Shown here one piece after another: positions 57,360 through 64,000 of a stretch of DNA of 64,000 nt. The notes beneath the pieces were generated by a model. The model saw only the letters and a list, made by a program, of their open reading frames with translations, was not told where the DNA came from and did not search any database. Position 1 is the stretch's first letter. Each line of letters begins with the position of its first letter. The stretch comes from Octopus vulgaris (Eukaryota). The DNA lies in contig OX597819.1 in assembly GCA_951406725.2 (NCBI GenBank), positions 92,938,001-93,002,000 of the forward strand, read 5' to 3'. The translations under genes and the position numbers were made by a program.

Positions 57360-59475
57360 AATTTGATAACTTTGATAGGTTTCGGCCAGTATACACCCAG
57401 GCCATGTCTAACTCAATAGCACCACCTGGTGAAATCTTTTAGTCATATATGGGGCACCGTAGCCCACTCTAGCAAAGAGTTATTATTATGGGAGACATAT
57501 CCGGGTGTAGGAAATTGGTCCGGGATCTTTTGAAGAAATTTGTTTAGTGAACATTTCGACTTCATCCGTTTGTCTGGATCCGTTTCCGTTTGTGTTACGT
57601 ATTTTGGTAGTAAAGGTATTAAAGAGAGCTGGACCGGTTGAGGAAAAATAATTTTGACGTAATGTTGCTATGTGTACCAAGTTCGATTTTTGTAGTGGGT
57701 GGATAGTACGGGGGCCAAGTCTTGGATGGATTTTATTATTGATGCCAACATCATTTGTACAATATTGGTGGAATATTTTCCATATAACACAAATGATGTA
57801 GCGTTGGAGAGAGTAGAGATTGTTTTTTTTTAGTCGACCCCAATAATCAATGTCTCTCATGCCGTCTATCTCTCTTGCTATGGACCTCTGGAGTGCTTCT
57901 GCTCTCATAATGAGTTGCTTCGTATAGCGGGGACCACAGTGGGCAACAGTACTCAAGGTGGGGTCGGGAAAAAGTATTGTAGAGAAGGATGATGGTGTAG
58001 GCTTCTCTAAACCGGAAAACTCCCAGAATCCAGGAGCACATCTTACGGGCCAAGTCAACTTTGCTGTTTACGTAGGGACTCCAGCTTTGTTTGCTATCAA
58101 CGATTACTCCAAGATCTCTGGTGTTGTTGGATGACACTAGGGAGTCGACCGAGGGAAGAGCATATGGTGATTTCTGAGTTTCCTCTTTCCCAAAGTTGAT
58201 CAAATCAAACTTATCTTCATTTAAAAGCATATTGTTTTTGTCTGCCCATTGGACAATAGCAAACAGATATGACTGAAGGCATGTTCGGTCTCTCATGCCA
58301 TTTATGGATTTCTGGAGTTTGGAATCATCTGCATAGATTTTTAATGTAGAATGTTTGATGACATCTAATATGTTATTGGTGTAAATAATGAAGAGGAGTG
58401 GGCCCAACACAGTACCTTGTGGGACACCACTACTGATTTTGGCCAAGCTGGATCGCATTCCCTTAAACACAACATGTTGGGTTCTGTTTGTCAGGAAACA
58501 TTTTATCCACTGCAACAGCTTTCCATGGACTCCAATGCTGGATAGTTTCTTCAGCAGGATTTTGTATTCCACTGTCAAATGCCTTCAGTCAGATCTGTTT
58601 GCTATTGTCCAGTGGGCAGAAAAAAACAATATGCTTTTAAATGAAGATAAGTTTGATTTGATCCACTTTAGGAAAGAGGATACTCTGAAATCAAGGTATA
58701 TGACGTCAGTGTTGGAGCCCTCGCCGAACGCTTTTGAGATGTCATCAAAATGGTGCAGAAGTTGCGACAGGCAGTCCCTGCCATCACAGAAACCATCCTG
58801 GTTGGGCTTCAGCAGATTGTTGTCTTTGAAGAAGTGAGTTATTCGCGATCTCTCCATGCTCTCAAATACTTTAATGACATGAGAAGTGAGAGGAATCCGA
58901 CGGTAGTTCATTGCAAGAGATTTGTTTCCCTTTTTGAAGACTGGAACGACAGACTGGGAATGAAAATTATCAGGAATGTAGCCTGCATCAAGTGACTTTC
59001 TCCAGAGCTCAGCTAGAGGGGCTGCAATTTGATGTCGACACATCTTCAGGACAGTGGCCGGGAACTTATCAGGACCTACTGCCGAGTTGTGCTTGATCTT
59101 ATATATTTCTGTTAGGATATCAGGAGCACCAAAAATTACGTCAGATATGACTAGTTGAGGGTTTACATCCCTGATACTATCCAGATCAACAGCATTCGGG
59201 TTACTGGAGGAGACAGAGCAGTATTGTCTCTGCAGTATCTCGCACATGGATTTGGCATCATCATGTAGAGTGTTGTTCTCACCAACCAAAGGACCAACAG
59301 TGGAAACAGCGTCTTTATGTTTTTTTTTGCAAATGAAAAGAGCATTTTGGGATCGAGTTTTATTTTTTCAATGGTCCAACTCTCCTCAGTTGCTCTGTGA
59401 CTGTTAATGATGGTCATCATGCTTTTTTGGAGGTCGTGCTTTTTCGATTCGAGTGATGCAATGGCAGTCAAATGG
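57360..59475 (-). mobile_element. CR1-group LINE ORF2 remnant (reverse transcriptase and C-terminus), 5'-truncated
   Basis: GPDKF, VVPVFKKG..NYRRIPLTS, DVIYLDF, SGVPQGTVLGPLLF, YADD, RDLGV, RPHLEYCCPLWSP and GPALFN across frameshifted ORFs. Confidence 0.93.
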
Positions 59476-59484
59476 GTCCGTTGC

Positions 59485-59642
59485 TCACGACGGAGAGTTT
59501 CCGTCTACTGATCCACTTAACTCGCAAGGTTTTTCGTCGGTTCGTAGTAGAATACACTTTTCCAAGGTGATACACAGTTGGATTGAACTCGGAAACATGA
59601 GTCTGGGAACCAAGCTTCTTACCACACAGCCATGTCTGCACC
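59485..59642 (-). mobile_element. SINE (family B) 5' fragment
   Basis: Reverse strand head ggtgcagacatggctgtgtggtaagaagcttg. Confidence 0.7.
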
Positions 59643-60124
59643 TTTAAGGTAATTTTTCACTTTTTCTTTTCTTATTCAACATCCTCAGCCAAACGCTGAT
59701 TTCACCGCTCTAGCCCAACTAGTAGGGTATACCCTCCCACGCCCATTGTATATTTTCTAAAACTATAAAATGCAAAACATTGCTTCAATAGTTCACTGTA
59801 TATTGGATTGATGCAATTCACGCGTTTAACGTCGAGTGATGCTGACAATAAAAGCCTGTTCCTAAGACCATAATAAGTAGCTCAACTACTTTAGAACAGA
59901 TTTGCATCGAACAAAACGTAACACGTGCATCTCCGTCAGAAGATAAAGTAACCTGAGAAAAGAATAGTAGAAAATTAGATAATGGGCATTAAGAACATAT
60001 AATCATTTGACATACTAAGGGGTAGATAAGAGTAAGAGCAGCGAACGTTTTATCTAATGCCTTATATATGCACGTGTGTGTGTGTATGTCTATTTGTATA
60101 TGCCTGTTTCTGTATAAATTTGTA

Positions 60125-60225
<101 letters not shown>

Positions 60226-61584
60226 ATGTGTGTGTATATATACACGTGTGTGTGTGTAATAAAACGAGCCAGTTACTTGTAAGTTTCGTCGTTTGCCCGC
60301 GGCATTGAAACTTGTTGTTTAAAAGGTTAAAGATTTCGCTGATAAGCCTGAAATAGGAGGAGAAAACTAACTGCTCGTACAAGCAGCTAAAGAGGTTCTA
60401 AAAGTTTGATGTGAGAGACGATATGTGTATATGTGTTTGTGCGTGTGTGTCTGTACGTGTGTACATGTGAAAGTGTACGTGCATGTGTGTGTGTGCTTGG
60501 TTTGTATGCATTTGTGAATTTGCAGTTATGTTTGTTGCTGTGTATATATGAATGTTCAGAATCGGTCAAGAAAGCGTGGTGGAGTACAGAAGAGAGTAAA
60601 AAATATATTTGACTGTACCTTTTGTAATAGGGTCTTTATCAGACAATGTTTCATTCAATGTTAACATACCACGTGTGCCGATATATATATATAAATATAA
60701 ATGTGTGTGTGTCTTAAACCATATATGCTCGTAAAAAATTTCAGCATCTGGAAGAGAAGGACAGTATGCTAGCTACGGGTATCGACTACCTACTGAACAT
60801 TTCCTATGCTCAGCCAATGCTCCCCGGCGACTTCATGTCCAAACAATTTGGAGCAGGTTTTGTGTTGCGAAAATGCAACCAGGGATATATATGGGTTCCC
60901 TTAAACGGCGGAAATTATCAACCGATGTTTAAAAAGCTTAACGGCTGTCATCGAAGGAAAGTGAACATCTCATGGCACTTTTGGTGATGAGGTGTGCGAG
61001 AGACAACAATTGCAATATTGTTCAAAGTGAAAAGTAAGTTTTTAAATTGCCCTTACGAGAAAGCCACTTTTGTGTTTGTGTTTGTTTTTTACTCGTTTGA
61101 CCTCGCGTTCATGCGAACCTTTACTGCCGTTTAAGAATGAAATGTGAAGTTGTTCTATGACAAAAGACGGTAGCATTTCAGATATTCACATTGGCATTTT
61201 TGGAAACGTATTGAGAATAAACATGCAAGCCGTCGTTTTCATGACCTTCTCCGCTGAAACAAATCAAAACAAGCCAAGGACACGGACTGAATCGTCGGTT
61301 GATCTGCTTGAGTAAGTAGCCAATTCTACATATTGCATCAAAAGGCCTCAGAGAGTAAGTTTGGGCATAATAATATCGCTCTAAATAAGCTGTGGGGGAA
61401 AGTAATGTTAATAGGTCGAGTCGATCATGACCGATCTGGAGCAAAAGTTAATTATAACTGCGAATCGGAAGAGGGAGATGAATGAATCCCTGTTTAGAAA
61501 ATGTGAAAGCTTGTCGTTTTTCAGACAATTATACATTTTCAAATCAAATATATGTGAATTACAAACACACATGCAAACACTAAT

Positions 61585-61661
<77 letters not shown>

Positions 61662-62071
61662 GCACACACACACACACATACACACCCACGTCCACACACA
61701 TGTATGTAGGCATGTATACATACATGTATATTTAAGTAAGCGAGATATGCTACTCAAAATTTGCCAATTTATAAACGGATCATTGATTAGGCTGTTAAGA
61801 TATTTGGTAAATACGTATATTTGATCAACTATGTTCCAGCTCGTTAAGCGTATATTAAAGCTATTAAGTACTATCACTAATTAAATAAATTGCTTTCATT
61901 TCTGCATTTGTGGAGCTTCATTGGAACAGTACATCAGTCAGAATTAAGTTATCAGTTTTGCTAATGTGATTCGCAAGCATCAAACTGTTGGGAAAACAAT
62001 CACGCGGGTTGAGGTGACAAAACGTTTTCGATTCTCGTATTAAGTCATTCCATTTGACAGAGTCTGTTAAT

Positions 62072-62289
62072 ATCGGTTTCAAATTTTGACTCAAGGCCAG
62101 CAAGTTTTGGAGTAGAAGCAAGTCGATTACATTGACCCCAGGTCTGGACTTGTACTCATTTTATGGAACCCGAAAGGATGAAAGGTAAAGTCGATCTCTG
62201 CGGATTTTGAACTCAGAACGTGAGGACTGACAAAATGTCGCTAAGGATTTTGCCCGGTGAGCTAACGAATCTACCAGCTCAACGCCTTT
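62072..62289 (-). mobile_element. SINE (family A), degenerate
   Basis: cccgaaaggatgaaaggtaaagtcga..tttgaactcagaacgt. Confidence 0.75.
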
Positions 62290-62399
62290 GAGTCTGTTAA
62301 CATTCAAGAGGAACTGAGGATATCACACTTACATTTACGTTCCCTAGATTTATGAAAACAACCTTACGTATTCAAAAAATCCTATCTTGTCTGCTTCGG

Positions 62400-62712
62400 G
62401 TGATTAAAATCGACACGATCGTGATACGAACACCTTGGATTCCAAAGGCCCACAGCTCTTTAATTTCCAATCAACAGGCTTGAAAGACTTATATGGTGTG
62501 GACGTAAATTTCTTCAAAACAAAATTGGATTTCCACCTATTAAGAGTTCCTGATAAGCCTAGCTCAAGAGACGGAACGCAAATGAGAACAGCAGCACCAA
62601 ACTCCTTCATTCACCAAATTCCACATATCAGACGAAGTTTCATATAGTGGTAGTGTAGCAAAGCTAACGGCGATACCCTAGCATGGTTGCAGTTCTCGAG
62701 CTGAAACTAGTT
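62400..62712 (+). mobile_element. CR1-group LINE 3' end fragment
   Basis: KGPQLFN..LKDLYGVDVNFFKTKLD..VPDKP..RTAAPNS, then 3' end ccctagcatggttgcag..gctgaaactag. Confidence 0.7.
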
Positions 62713-64000
62713 AGAGTGTTAAAGGTTTAATGAAATAAAGTAGTAAACGATTGTGTTGACTGTAAAATAAAACTTCTTCAAACTTTGGAATGCTGTGCTA
62801 TTATTTAATATTTTCTGAGGCTGGAGGAAGAGGTTACTCCAATGAACCGTTCAGGCTTTCCTTTACTGTTATGATTGATGCCGTTATTGTTCCGTTTAAA
62901 TTGCCACAAGTCAGCACCCGAGGGAAGACACGCATTTGAAAATATCGACATTTGTAGAAGCAGCAGTGTCTTACCTGTCGACGCAGTACTCCGTTGTAGG
63001 CGATGCGTAACCCTTGTGGTGCTTCAGTGGCTATTAGGATTTAATTATAAAGAGTAGGGTCAGTTTCTGAGATGCAATCCTAGCTAGGTAAAGGATTCCT
63101 TTCAACGAATGAAATTGAAATGATATTGCTCAATAACAAATTACTATTATAAATATAAACACAAAAAACAAAGAAAATTATGCAAGATTTTTTTCTTTGT
63201 GTTTCCTCAGTATTTTCGGAAATATTCATGTCTTTCATTTAGCTTCGATATATAGTGAAACAGTTAAGGCGATCTTCATGCATTTTCAAAAGTTAGAAAG
63301 AACATACATTTGGAATCTAAAGGAAAAGATATCTAAGAACAGAAACTCATAATACAGAATCGAAACAAAGAGAAATCCTATATGTATACACTTAGGAATT
63401 TGTGGGCTAAGAAGATAAAACCTTCCTTTTATGTTTATTAAAGATTAACATTTTCATTTTCTCCATAGCACACGCATAACATATGTAAACCCTATCAATT
63501 GCACTCTATAACTTTGTCTACGATAATTCATGTAAAAAACGTATTCCTCACACTACGATCTTTCAGGTTCCAGACAGCTTTGGACTGTGAAGTTGAATTT
63601 TTTTTTTGTTTTTTTTTTCTCTGCGTTTGTGAAGAAGGCAGTATGTTGAATACGCTTAACCAAAGTATTCTGTTATACAAAAGTCAGTTTAATAATGTTT
63701 CTGCTTGTACAAAAGTGTTGAGATTGCTCACTTTCTTAACCATCGTTACTGTGCTTCAAAATTTGTGTTACTATGTTAGGTACGCAGTTGTAGATAATTC
63801 TCCGTTTAACCTTTAAAAACTTATTGTACTTACGTTAAGTTGAAAACTGACCATCCGTCAATTTTACGAAATCTTTAGACATGTTTATGAAAACATTCAG
63901 GCAGTATAGAGGTGAACTACATGGATTTTATATGGCTATAGTTGGTGTGACCTCTATATAGTAAATTATCCGGTTAAATCCTTCTGTTTTTATTGCTTTA

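Noticed and set aside
58388-58995. Plus-strand ORFs of 149 and 81 aa
   Set aside because: Antisense to the LINE RT; the LINE-like peptide within comes from the inverted insertion.

Overview
AT-rich eukaryotic intergenic or intronic DNA, dense in (TA)n, (CA)n, (ACAT)n, (ATCT)n and (GAT)n microsatellites. The SINE and microsatellite landscape suggests an octopus/cephalopod genome (inference). No host protein-coding gene could be supported; nearly all listed ORFs are microsatellite or antisense artefacts. Decayed mobile DNA dominates: five mariner remnants, a Tc1 element, a Tigger/pogo remnant, three Helitron-like non-autonomous elements, nested MITEs, CR1-group LINE fragments, an R4/Dong-like endonuclease fragment and several tRNA-derived SINE families. 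The most striking signal is about ten loci with type I hammerhead-ribozyme (HHR) motifs, from several different short-element families and mostly set in TA microsatellites. They resemble Penelope-like pseudo-LTRs or retrozymes. Three of them form head-to-head palindromes with the same polarity, so HHR sequence lies on both strands. The window also holds two microsatellite-centred inverted duplications and a microhomology-bounded inverted insertion inside a LINE reverse transcriptase. All calls were made by eye, so many boundaries are approximate.
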